From Octopus bimaculoides (lineage: Eukaryota): 64,000 nt of DNA. Below the pieces are notes generated by a model, which was not told where the DNA came from, made no database searches, and saw nothing but the letters and a program-made list of their open reading frames with translations. The translations under genes and the position numbers were made by a program. Location of the stretch: contig NC_069002.1 of NCBI RefSeq assembly GCF_001194135.2, positions 13,779,016 to 13,843,015 on the forward strand. Reading direction: 5' to 3'. Below, piece after piece: positions 11,601 to 24,680 of this stretch (the first letter of the stretch is position 1; each line of letters opens with the position of its first letter).

Positions 11601-14600
11601 AGCTGATTTTTTTTTAAAAACCGTGATATCTATACACAGCCAATGCTTTACTTAATAACAATAATTATCGTTATTATTTGGCGATCGTTACGATATAGTT
11701 TCGATTCCAAGTTAAGAACCAATTCACTTCACTTTGAGAAAAAAATATAATGTCAAAAATCTCATTTCTTTCTTTCACAAATAAGAACTCCAAGAGTGTA
11801 TTCCTATAATGATTTACTTGTTTCAGGCATTTGATTGCGGCCATGCTGGAGCACCTGCTTAATGGGTGTTTTTAGTCGAAGAAATCGACCCCAGAACTTA
11901 TTCTTTGTAAGCCTAGTACTTATTCTATCGATTTCCTTTGCCGATCGGTTATTAAGTGATAGTGGGACACAGACACAATGACACTCACACAAACACACAT
12001 ATACATATACGACAGGCTCCTTTCAGTTTCCATCTACCAAATCCACTCACAAGGCTTTGGTCGGCCCGAGGTTATAGTAAAAGACACTTGCGCAAGGTAC
12101 CACGTAGTGGGACTGAACCTGGAACCATGTGGTCGGGATACAAGCTTCTTACCATACTGCCACGCCTGTGCCTATGTATGGTAATATATCTTTTTTTTTT
12201 TTTTCCAGCCATTGGACTGCCTCAAAAGTTCTTTTTAGTCGAACAACTGAAACTCAGTATGTATTCTGTTGGTCTATTTTGCCGAACTGCTAAGTTACAG
12301 GGACATAAGCACAAGGCAATGCTGGTTAGATATACACACATATTACAGGTTCCTTCCAGTTTCCACCTATCAAATCCACTTACAAGGTGTAAAACACTTC
12401 CTTTTTTCCGAGCTGAGATTCGAAACCAAATCTAAGGATTCTCTCTCGTCTGATCCACCACTGGCCAAACAGGCGTGAAAGAAATTTCTTTGTCCTGTCA
12501 AAAAGTGATGGATGGATTTTTCTTCAATCTCCAACCTGAACTGTGTCATTTATGGTTCAAGTGGACAAGAGGTGACCTACATAGGTAGAAATTTCTCCTA
12601 TGGTATGTCTGTCCTTCTAGCTGGGATAACCCTTATGAATACCGTCAGACACATGACAGATAAGCAGACAGCCAGTAAGAGACAAATGGTTGACAGACCG
12701 CAGTTAACTTGTGCCAGTCAAGCAGCCAACACAGAACCACATGTTCGGCATGAATGACCGAACGCAGTAGCAGTTGCAGAACATACACAGACATGACCAA
12801 ATGACCAACGCACACACAAACACAAAACATGCCCAGTTCTTCCTCATCACATCAACACAGTATTTCTCCTGTTTATTTTTTACTTCGCCAACTCGAAATA
12901 AGTTGGTAATGTCATGTAGCGGATTTTCTTGTGTATACAACATGTAAATGTAAGTGTCAATTAAATAAATTATTTAAACCACAATCTGATGCTTTCCTAT
13001 TGTTTTACTTTGATGTAGTCCACATGCCTATTTCATCTGCTACCTCAATATCTTTTGTGCTCAAAAATATGGATAGAGTTAGCAAAAGTGGAAGAAGGCC
13101 TAGAAAGACAAGAGATGACATGGGGTAAATTGATCTGAAGATATTGAACTTCACAAAAAGAAAACAGAGGACCATGATGATTGGTAACATGCAACACTAG
13201 AGAAAACCAGGACTTCCATATGAGCAAGGCAAAGAAAACATTAAAACAAGGGTAGTGATGATGGCTGGGATAATCATATTACACTTGTACTCTGCCCTCT
13301 CCCTCTCTTTCACTGGTCCTCTCTTTACAGATCCTCTGCCTCCTCAACATCTCATCTTTCTCTTCCTAATGTATGTTGCACCATTATCCCCCCCCCCAGC
13401 TTCTCATATTCACTATACACTCTCATTCATATAACATAGGGTTATATGAACTCGCTTTACTATCATTACCTCTCTCTCTCACACACACACACTCCCTTTC
13501 TGTTTCTCCCCCTCTAACCTCTAAGTCTATCATTTCTCTTTCATGACTTTCCCCAGCCCTGTCCCTTCTTTTACCTTTTCATAAAAATGAATTCGTTCTT
13601 CCCATCATACTTTTACTTCTCTTAACACCTCACCTTCAACTCTGCTTGTATCATCATCCTCTCCTTTATTCTTCCTCTTAAAGTACTGGAAACTCTTTAA
13701 CATTACAAGTTACACAGGAGAACTTTTATCAAGACAGATGCATTTAAGACAGTTGTTACAATGTAAGTTGGGTTAAAAACAAAAGCAAAATAACAATGAA
13801 AAACAAAGGTTTACACTTTATTTTATTATTCAATATTTCGGCTCTAAAAATCCCTTAACAAGAAAAGAAATACTGAAAACTGATATTAGCTCCAATCACT
13901 GATAAGAGGATATCGAAAGATGGGGGTGGGAAGGAACAGGCAGATGGGAATATAAAATTTGCTAATTAGCATCACAAAACATTTGTCTGATGCTGAGGTG
14001 GGGTTTTAATTTTTTTTTTAACCAATAAGTTTTCTTTCCTTCATTTGTAGGGATTGTAAAGGGTAACCATGTTCTTCATTGGATCCAAAAGATGATTTCC
14101 CATTTCACTTCCTCATTCCACCTAGATTGTCTTTTTTTTTTTTTGTTTACTTGTTCCACTCATTAGACTGTGGCCATGCTGAGGCACTACCTTGCAGAAA
14201 TGTTAGTGGGGATATAAACACACCAACACCGGTTGTCAAGTGGTGGTGGTGGGGGGACAAGCATAAGCACAAAGATACTCACACATATACATATATGCAT
14301 ACATACATACAATGGGCTTCTTTCAGTTTCCTTCTACTAAATCCACTCACAAGACTTTGATTGAGTTGAGGCTATGATAGAAGATACTTGCTCATGATGC
14401 CACGCAGTGGGACTGAACCTTGAACCATGTGGTTGGGAAGCAAACTTCTTACCACATGGCCATGCCTGTGCCTTATTTTACTTACTTTCCTAATGCTATT
14501 GAGAAAAGCATAATTGTCACAAAATCACTTTTTATATTCATTGATAATCTGGTATTTTCTCATTAATTTCCTTGTTTTCGTCAGTAGGAAAATGATGATG

Positions 14601-14832
14601 ATAAAAAATAGAGAATTACATTGAATTCTGTGATATATTTAGATCTGTATCTTTTTGTTCTGAGTTCAAATGTTGTCAAGCCACACTTATCTCGTCCTGG
14701 ATATGGGGCTATTAAAATAAATACCCATAACATAACTGCAAAGATGTTTTTGTGAATTAATTAATAAAAATAGATTATTGTTGCTCTTGTTGTTGTTGCT
14801 GTGTGAAGTTGTATGTTCAAAACTTGTTTGTC

Positions 14833-15711
14833 TCAGTTTCCTAATATTTTACGAGCAAACGAAGAAGAAACACACTCAGGTCTTGGTGTAGCTAATGGTA
14901 AAATTTCCATTTTGTTGTATTTGATGCTATTTATGTTCTGTTTAAGAGAGGAACCATTTTGAGTCAAAGATTTTGGAACAGAAGCAGTATCCTTATTCAC
15001 AGATAATGTTTTTAAAGGTTGGTTCCACATACATTTCTGTAAAGTTCTTGGTGAAAAGGAAGCAATTCTTTTAGTGTTTAAGGCATTTCTGCTATCTCTC
15101 ATAGAATTATGGTTGTTTAATTTCGACAACAAGTCCTTGTATGAATCAAAATTCAAATGTCTTTGACTTTCAGTGATTTTTTTCTGGTAAATTTTCCCCA
15201 TTGTAGTTTTTAAGCGATCTTGGTAAGGCATAAAACCATGAATTGAAGAATAGATGAATGTAGGACTGTCAAGAACTGATTGGTGGAAACGTGACTTGAA
15301 TGCTTTGGATTTTGTAATCAATATATCAGAATTGTTTATATTTGTTTTATCTGAATTTGCCTGCAGATGTATTGAAGCCTTGTAATCTTGAATACCATTA
15401 TTCTCAGTAGTGTCACATTTAGATTCAGTAAAAGAAGTTGGTGTTTTATTGGTAAGCTTCAAATTTGAAATGCTTTTCTCTTGAATCCAAAATTTCTTGT
15501 AGGAACTTTGAGGAATCTGGAGGTTTTCTGTCGAAGACTTACTTAAAGCCACCTGCGAAATATCTAAAAGTAAATTGTTGGTTCTTATCGTATAAAAATG
15601 TTCATATTTTGTGTCTTTGTAATTTTGCTTTACAGCAATATCTTTGCTTCTTAAACCAACCATTTTCCGTGAGAAATTCCTGTTATTTGAAGTAGGTTTC
15701 AATTCTTTCAT
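14833..15711 (-). CDS. Uncharacterised 292-aa Ser/Lys/Asn/Thr-rich protein (single coding exon)
   Basis: 879-nt open frame in AT-rich DNA. It starts MKELKPTS at ATG 15711 (the track start at 15726 is GTG, with an in-frame stop just upstream). Candidate acceptor ctctttAG at 15775-15774. No family motif recognised. Confidence 0.6.
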   Translation of the reverse strand: MKELKPTSNNRNFSRKMVGLRSKDIAVKQNYKDTKYEHFYTIRTNNLLLDISQVALSKSSTENLQIPQSSYKKFWIQEKSISNLKLTNKTPTSFTESKCDTTENNGIQDYKASIHLQANSDKTNINNSDILITKSKAFKSRFHQSVLDSPTFIYSSIHGFMPYQDRLKTTMGKIYQKKITESQRHLNFDSYKDLLSKLNNHNSMRDSRNALNTKRIASFSPRTLQKCMWNQPLKTLSVNKDTASVPKSLTQNGSSLKQNINSIKYNKMEILPLATPRPECVSSSFARKILGN

Positions 15712-15878
15712 GGTTTCTATTTCCACAGCAATAAATCCACTGGCATTGTCAATTTAATGGACTTGGGTGAGTACTAAAGAGTGATTCAGATTTAGGTTAA
15801 ACAACTTGTTTTTCAAATAAAACTAATTCATGTAGTAGCAGTTGATAGCAAATTAACAAAATTTAAAAGGGTTAGAGC

Positions 15879-15915
<37 letters not shown>

Positions 15916-17742
15916 ATAGTTATCTTTCTAATTTTGGTGCAAGGCCAGCAATTTTAGGGTAAGCAGGACAAGTCGATTAAATTGACTGCAGTACTTGACC
16001 AGGAGTTTATTTCATCAGCTTCAAAGGGATAACTCAAGCATAAAGAACTGGAAGAAATACCACCAGGCATTTTGTTTGACACTAACCATTCTATCAATCC
16101 ATCACCCTTGTAATAATGATAATAATAATAATAATAATAATAATAATTTATTTCATTTGTCACAAGGATGAAGGGAGAAGGGACATAATAAAGACAAATC
16201 ACTGAGATGGCAAAGTTCTTCCTGGAATTAATGATGGGTATGGAGAAAATTAGGAACCGAAATAACCAAATCCAATCATATTGGAGTTGGTAGGATTTGC
16301 TCCCAGAATAAGAAATTGATATATATTATCTTGTTGCCAATAATCCAGTGAATCCTTGTTCTTCACTCATTCACGTCAGGGTCAAACATATAACAAATTA
16401 ATATTTGTCTTTAAAATGGTTGATCCTCACAGTTAGACAATAAAACACCTGGATATATTGTCTGGTCTTCATTCACATTTCTTTGTTACAATGAAGAAGA
16501 CATCCAAGACTAAAAGAGTTTATGAATTCAGTTGTTAACGAAATGTTCTTCCAGAAAAACTGGAATCATGTCATATTAATCCAAAGATGAACCTAAATTT
16601 GAAAGAAAAGGGAAAAAAAAGCATTAAGTCGGTAATTAGGAGTGATTACATGAGGTTTCAATAAAGGAAAAAACAATAATTATTTCAGAGAGTAAAAAAT
16701 AAAATCTGTATAAAATATATTTTAAAAGCATTTCCAAGTAATGCTTTATCTTACACAGACTCTGTGTGTGTGTGTGTGATAGAGAGAGAGAGAGAACAGA
16801 GGCAGTTAACATAAGAGGAGCAGGATGAGTGATGAGTGTCTGATAACTTTCTGAAAAATACACATTTTTTTAAAATTAAATTTTGCAGAGACAGGTTTTC
16901 AATGGAGTAGATTGTGATTATGTGGATGAGATTTAGAAAAATAATACATTTATTGAAAATATTCAAATGATCATGATAGTGAAATAAACAAGTCATGGGG
17001 TATTAAGAATGAAATAATCCCAAAAGTCATTGGAACTGTAGGACTCATGAAGAAGAGTGGGGTGGGAAGAAAACGTCACTAATTAGACAGCATCAACATC
17101 TATCCCCTACAGGGGATGGTCCACACACTATAGAGAGTGTTGTTAATCAGGTGACATTGTCTCTAATGCGCTACCTCAGGCCCACTGTTTGGACCTGGTC
17201 CTACTTGATATAAAGCAGGGAGTACAAAAGAATGTTGTTTTCGATTGATTAGAAGGACTGAAGGACTCATGATGTTTGGGGAAGTACAAAGGAGAAACAG
17301 AAAAAGAAAGAAAACAATGAAACAATTGTGGGTGGATGAAAGGCGAAGTTGATCTTGGTGGAATTTGAACTCAGAACGTAAGGATGGACAAAATGCTGCT
17401 AAGCAGTTTGCCCAGCTTGCTAACAATTCTGCCACCTCGCAACCTTAATAATGATAATAATACTAATACTAATACTAATAATAATAATAATAATAATAAT
17501 CCCTTCTACAAAAAGCACAAGGCCTGAAATTTTGAGGGAGGAGACTAGTCGATTTCATTGACCCCAGTGTTTCACTGGTACTTAATTTATTAACCCCAAA
17601 AGGATGACAGGCAAAGTTAACCTCAGCAGAATAATGATGATAATGATAATAATAATAATCCTTTCTACTATTGGCACAAGGGCTGAAATTTTGCGGACGG
17701 GACTAGTTGATTACATAAACTCCAGTGTGTGACTGGTACTTA

Positions 17743-17796
<54 letters not shown>

Positions 17797-18143
17797 TATT
17801 ATTGTTATTATTATTATTATTTCAATTTTTTGCCACAAGGGCAGCTTAGGGAAGGGTCTAGTTGATTACATCAACTCCAGTGTTCAACTGGTACTTATTT
17901 TATTGACCCCCGAAAGGATGAAAGGCAAAGTCAACCTCGGCTGAATTTGAACTCAGAACATAGTGATGGATGAAATACCGCTAAGCATTTCATCCAGCGT
18001 GCTAACGATTCTTCCAACTCACTGCCTTAATAATGATAATAATAATAATAAGAAGAAGAAGAAGAAGAAGAATGATAATAATAATAATAACAACAACAAC
18101 AATAATAATCCTTTCTACAATAGACACAAGGCCTGAAATTTTG

Positions 18144-18256
18144 GGGACCTCGACCCCCTAATGTTTGACCTCGATCCCCTAATGTTTTTGGACCTCGACT
18201 CCCTAATGTTTAACCTCAATCCCCTAATGTTTTTGGACCTTGACCCCCTAATGTTT
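18144..18256. repeat. 21-24-bp minisatellite x5 inside a family-B SINE
   Basis: Unit GACCTCGACCCCTAATGTTT(TTG). Confidence 0.85.
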
Positions 18257-18744
18257 GAATGGTACTAATTGTATCGCCCCCGAAAGGATGAAAAGCAAAG
18301 TTGATCTCCGCAGAATTTGAACTGATAACAACAACAACAGCAATAATAATAATAGTTTCTCTTACCTTTACTTTTCCCCAAATAAATTCACTGAAGATTA
18401 ATTACTCTGGTTGAGTAATTAAGGGATCAAACATATCCCGATTTGGTAATCTTCCACTTGGTTGGGCTGTGTGTTATGTGTTCTGGTCTAAACACTGAGA
18501 CTGTCTCTCACAGCAAGTCCTCACTCTGAGGAACAGATTATAAAACCAGAGAGAGAGACAGACAGACAGAGAAACAGAGACAAACAGAACAACTTGGCTT
18601 TGGTGTTGCTGGTTTGTCAGTCAAACAAGTAACTGCTACAAAGGTTTAGTGTTCAACTGTGTTGTGGTGAGATTAATCTTCTCCTGCCTCACGCCACTCG
18701 AGAATTTCCCAACTGGAAACATTATGGAGTTGAAATAAATAGTA

Positions 18745-18985
18745 TGAGATTTCTTTCTTTCTTTCTTCCTTTATTTCTTTCTTTTTCTCTCTCTGTCTTT
18801 GTTTGTCTGTTTTTCTTTTTTTCTTTCTTCCTTTCTTTCTGCTTCTCTCTGTTTGTTTGTTTGTTTGTTTGTTTCTTTCTTTCTGTTTCTCTCTCTCTTT
18901 GTTTGTTTATTTGTTTCTTTCTCTTTTTCTTTCTTTCTTCCTTTCTTTCTGCTCCTCTTTCTTTCTTTCTTTCTTTCTTTCTATA
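18745..18985. repeat. CTTT/GTTT pyrimidine-rich microsatellite
   Basis: Seen directly in the sequence. Confidence 0.9.
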
Positions 18986-19779
18986 AAATGAACTTGTAGC
19001 TGATGTTCTTCTTTACTAGAAACAACAACTCAGTCCATTTCATTTTGTTATTGTGCTTTTTGTTAGTGGCATGAATAATAATAATAATAACAACAACAAC
19101 AACAACAGTAATAATAATCCTTTCTACTATAGGCACAAGGCCTGAAATTGTGGGGGTGGGTGGAGAAAGTCAATCACATCAACCAGTACTTGATAATTTG
19201 TCGACCCCAAAAGGATGAAAGGCAAAGTCGACCTCGGCGGAATTTGAACTCAGAAAGTAAAGACGGATGAATAATAATAATAATGATACTTTTATCTTTT
19301 ACTTGTTTCAGTCATTAGACTGTGGCCACACTAGAGCACTGCCTTGAATTTTTAGTTGAATGAATCAACCCCCATCACCATACTTCTTTCTTTTTAAGCC
19401 TGGTACTTATTCTATCGTTCTCTTTTGTTGAATCGCTAGTGTTACGGAGACACAAACACACCAAGACAACAAACACAGACACAAAGATATACACACATAG
19501 ATATATATACACACATATATATATATATACACACATACGGTGGACTTTTTTCAGTTTCCATCTACCAAATCCAATCACAAGGCTTTGGTCAGCCTGAGGC
19601 TATAGTAGAAGACACATGCCCAATGTGCCACATAGAGGGACTGAACCTGTAACCATGTGACTAGGAAGCAATCTCCTTACCACACAGCCACACATATTTA
19701 TTTGGTTTTAAGTGTTCTCAGTGTTGTAGATTGTGAAGTGTGAGTGTACATAAAATTGGTGTTGGTAGGAGATAACTTT

Positions 19780-20033
19780 CTGTGTGTAGTCACTACATAA
19801 TACATACATATATGGGGGTATGTAAGCATGTGTGTATGTATGTATGCATGTATATATGTATGTATATTTATATGTATGTATATATATACATATATATCTG
19901 TGTGTGTTTGCGTGTGAGTATTGTGTATGTATTTACATTTGCTGAATATGGATATGGATATATTATGTATGTATATATTATATGTATGCATATGTCTATA
20001 TATATGTGTGTGTACACGCACATGCATACATAC

Positions 20034-20092
<59 letters not shown>

Positions 20093-20110
20093 CATATATA
20101 CACACATATA
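19780..20110. repeat. Compound TA/TG/CATA microsatellite block
   Basis: Seen directly in the sequence. Confidence 0.9.
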
Positions 20111-20690
20111 GCTAAAATTTTAATATAAACAATGTATTATATCTGTGGTTTGAGTGTATGAGAGAGAGAGAGAGAGAGTGTGTGTGTTTGCTCACAGAAA
20201 TGTGTCGCCCTTGTTACTGAAGCAGCTATCATATTCAGCATTTGTTGTCCCTTTATCTTAAACTCTGTTTGCCTCTCCTCTTTGGCAGAGCTTAACTGTG
20301 GCACCATAAATTAACTTCACTGCTAACCTGTTGCTGAGAGACCTTACTAAGATGTTAATCTGAAGTGGCTTAAGGACTTGGAGACATACATACAGGCACA
20401 CACGCACACACATACATGTTTACACACACAAACACACACCAACATACACACATGCAATCACCTATGCGCACACATGCAAACCATACACATACACACTGAT
20501 GATGGTGGGTGGTAGAAACTTATTTTAGACAGATGAATAAATAAATAGCCAGATATAAATACAGAGAAGGACAAGGGGAAGATAAAGAAAGAGAGAGAAC
20601 GAGAGTAAGAAAGAGAGAAAAATGCAACTACACACACACCCATACACATATGTATATGTGTGTGTGTATTTAATATTTTTATATGTGTAT

Positions 20691-20745
<55 letters not shown>

Positions 20746-20777
20746 TTTATTTAAAAGCAGCAGAAATATAACAAAAG

Positions 20778-20817
20778 ACTGTTACTCGGAGTTTCACGTT
20801 CCCGTTCATCGGACAGT
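20778..20817 (-). ncRNA. Minimal type-I hammerhead-ribozyme-like motif (U4C variant)
   Basis: actgt-CCGATGA-acg(ggaa)cgt-GAAA-ct(ccg)ag-TA-acagt: stems I, II and III all pair. Confidence 0.55.
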
Positions 20818-20916
20818 TTTGTTAGAAATGGGAAAGGAATGACAATGCAATTACTCTACCTCTGGTATTTGAGTACTCTTTTTTCCACCTTGTTGCACAT
20901 TTTATGTGCTTACTCC

Positions 20917-20951
<35 letters not shown>

Positions 20952-23900
20952 CATATACATACAAATATATATATATATACACATACAGGTATACATACAT
21001 ACGTATATACTTAACTCATATATTTGTACACCAGTAAGGGCATAGGTGCAAAACAAAGTGGGAAAGAATAGTACTCAAATGCTAAGGATAGAATAAAGTA
21101 CTAACCTTATCAATACTTTATAACTGCTTGTCAGATGATTCAAAGCCTGAATCATCAGAGCCATTGGATGAAGAGTTTTGAGGCACTTTGAGTTTCAATA
21201 AAATAATATGTATGTATGTATAAGCAGCGAGCTGGCAGAAACATTAGCATGCTGGACGAAATGCTTAGTGGTATTTAGTTTTTCTTTATATTCTGAGTTC
21301 AAATTTGGCCAAGGTCGACTTTGACTTTCATCCTTTTGGTGCTGATAAATTAGGTATCAGTTGTGTACTGGGGTTGATCTAATCGATTGCCCCACTCCCC
21401 AAAAATTTTGTGCTTTGTGTCTAGGGTAGAAAATATGTATGTATGTCTGTACCTGTGTGTGTGTGTGTGTGCATGTGTGTGTGGGTGCATGCATGAGTGT
21501 GTATATGTATGTATATAGGATTTTAGCCTTTTAGCAGCATTCAGATTACACTTTTAAATGTAATGCTTATTTATTCACATTGTTTTGAATTAATTATGCT
21601 TTACCACTTAATTTCAAGATTTCAATGATGTGGTTATTTATAATGGCATTGTAGGGTAGGTGTGAGTGGCTGGATCTGGCTGATTTGAACATAAAACAGG
21701 TAGAATACTTGTGTCAGATGTGGCCAGTTTAAATGCTTTAAATGCTAAATGGTTAAGGAATTTCCAACAGACCGTGTTTCCAGATGCTTCCTGCAGTTGG
21801 AAGGAGACACCAGTTATCTTATTTTCTTTACTGCCCACAGGGGGCTAAACATAGAGGGGACAAACAAGAACGGACAAAGGGATTAAGTCGATTATATCAA
21901 CCCCAGTGCATAACTGGTACTTAATTTATCGACCCCGAAAGGATGAAAGGCAAAGTCGACCTCGGCGGAATTTGAACTCAGAACATAAAGACAGACGTGC
22001 TGAATATTCAGCCTTCGCTGTAAAGATAGGAATACTGACAAAGGAGCCATGTCCAATATTTACTCTAAGCTTCATTGCACAGGTCTCTTCCTTTCCTACA
22101 GAAGTGGGTCAATCCTGTAACTAATTTGATTTTCAATGATTAAATACTTCCTGTTCTGTTCCTGTGTAGCCATGTTGTATTGGAGAGAGAGAAAAAGAGA
22201 GAGAAAGAAAGAAAGAGAGGTGGGAGAGGGGAGAGGAAGGGAGAATAATGAAGAAGAGAAGACAGGAAACTGGAAGACACGCAATATGTTTTAAATATTA
22301 ATACAAATAGATTTGTAGCTCTACGATTGATTTACTAAACTCTGATGCGATGGAAGTGTGGCCAAATGTACCAAAAGCTTCCGGTTAGAACTCTACCTGT
22401 CAGCGATACAGGATAATAGCCATTGGCAGCATGGACTGAATGGAAGATGCTCCTGTCAGACCCTTGTGAGACTAAATGGGAGCTGCTTCTGTCAGAACCC
22501 CTGTGCAACTGAGCAATTCAGTCTGGAGAGAACCCCAGTGCATCTGAGCAATTCAGTCTGGGGTCCACTCCACTTGGGAAAGGGCCTAGAAAAGTGACAT
22601 TAAACTCATCCATGCAATTCTTGGACAGGAAACTGTACCTGTCAGGACATTTCTCCAAATTGTATCTGTAACCCACAAAGAAAAGAGAATAAGTCAATGC
22701 ATCAATGAAAAATCTTATTTTTCATTTTACCTCAATTTTCATGATAAAAAATGAAAAGATTCCTTGATGATCAGCATTTGATGTTAATTTCATGTATAGT
22801 AAAATGATGGACCATTTCATAATTAGGATAAGTATAGTCTATATTTTAGTTGAGAGATTTTGTTCAGGGAAAAGAAAGTGATTGGTTTATCACAATGACA
22901 AAGGTTACCAAAATTGTAGTTCTGAAAATATCAGCCTTCATATGTAGAAAAACATCAGGGAGGATAGAAGCTATGCATTAATTTTTAACATCAGTTATCT
23001 TTTTGGCAATAGAAAAATAGGACTTAATTCCAACAGAGAAGACATCCATTTGGAGATTTACCTACACAAACCTAATTGTCATGGTTATTAAGTATTGCTA
23101 AGAGTTGACTAATTAATCAGAGATGTCAGGGTGATTATGATTAATTTCAAGTTTGTATCCTAAGTGATAAATGGATGTCTGATACAGAAGGCATTTGTTA
23201 TTGATCAATAAAATATTGAGTATTGCAGTACCTGATATAAATTGAATCAAGTCTCAACCTCATTCTCTGCAATAGTTTTCACTTGGTAACACTTGAAACA
23301 CCCTTAAGCTAAAATACTAGTGTATATAACATTTATAATGTTAATAGAAATGTAGAACAATACTAGCTGTGAAAACTTTGCAAAGGCACTGGTGTGTTAA
23401 AAACTCAGAGTGAGTGGTGAAACACCAGACACCAGTGCTTCAACCTGATTTGGCCTCCTCTGTGACAAATACCTTGGATGTTTTGAGCTAGGCTGAAAAA
23501 TGCCTGTTCTGCTATACATATCCCTGAGGAGGGGAATCTGATAGAATGACTACTTACAAATGTAATTTACTGTGCAATTTATTGTGGGGAATAAAATGTA
23601 TGAGACCTTTAATGTTAGGATGTAAAAAGGTAACTAAAAAGCTGTAAAGGATTATCATTTGTGAATAGTTAATAGCAAAATGTTTGCTATTGTCATTTGT
23701 GTTTGTAGCACAGAGATAAATAAGAGCTCATTAATATATCGTCATAAAGAAGCTGTTTATTCTCTCTTTTAATAAATATTTCATGGAGTAGGGAGAAACA
23801 GTGATATTTAGTAGCAATGAATTAGTTATTGTATAGAAAGAGGAAAATACGATGAGGGGTTGCCAACAAGTTGAACACAAGTCAGGCAAAATATTTTAAT

Positions 23901-24172
23901 GCACCATCTTGTAAAAATAATAATCAAAGTGTTTGAAACTCAGAAAAATGAAGTAAGAGACTGTTTAAGGTTGGGATATCAGAACATTTTGAAGACACCA
24001 GAAAGATATTAAAAGTAAAAAAATCTTTGCAAATATTCTCATTTATGAAATTGCAACATTATCCAAGTCAAATATGAATATGTTGATTCGCCATATATTT
24101 TTACGTACACACACCGTGTATATCGTTGGCGATTTTTTCTTCCTCCGTCTTCCCTTCTTTGGACTTTCTTAT

Positions 24173-24207
24173 ATTTCCGACGAAGAGCTCTGCTCGAAAC
24201 GTCAAAT
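24173..24207 (+). ncRNA. Minimal type-I hammerhead-ribozyme-like motif (U4C variant)
   Basis: attt-CCGACGA-a-gagc(tct)gctc-GAAA-CG-TC-aaat. Confidence 0.55.
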
Positions 24208-24631
24208 TCTCTTTCTTTCCTTTCCCAAGCATCCAGTAACACAATATCTGTATCACGTCCTTGCATTGTTATTTTTTTGTTGTTTTTTTTGTCATTTTTC
24301 TTTTTGAACTCACTATATACATAGATAGTTTGACAGACAGACAGATAAATATCTAAAAGAACAAACAAATGTAAAGAAAGCAAGGGAGCTTTGTAGAGCC
24401 GATGAGATTAAGTAAAAAAAATAGGAGGTGGTGGGGGGTATTGTCTGTTTTGAAATTTTAGGCATGTTTCAGCCTCAGTGCATTGTAAGTGCTTCATGGG
24501 TTGAGTGCTGTTACCCTCCAACCCCCTCACACACTCTCTCCAGTCCTGTAAACAATTTTGTTTCTCACACACTACATAATCTCTGTGTAGGTATGTTGCT
24601 GTGACAACAATATATCAGAAACACAGAGAGA

Positions 24632-24680
<49 letters not shown>

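Noticed and set aside
18744-20115. Several Phe/Leu/Ser-rich and Tyr/Ile/Val-rich ORFs
   Set aside because: They are translations of CTTT and TA/TG microsatellites.
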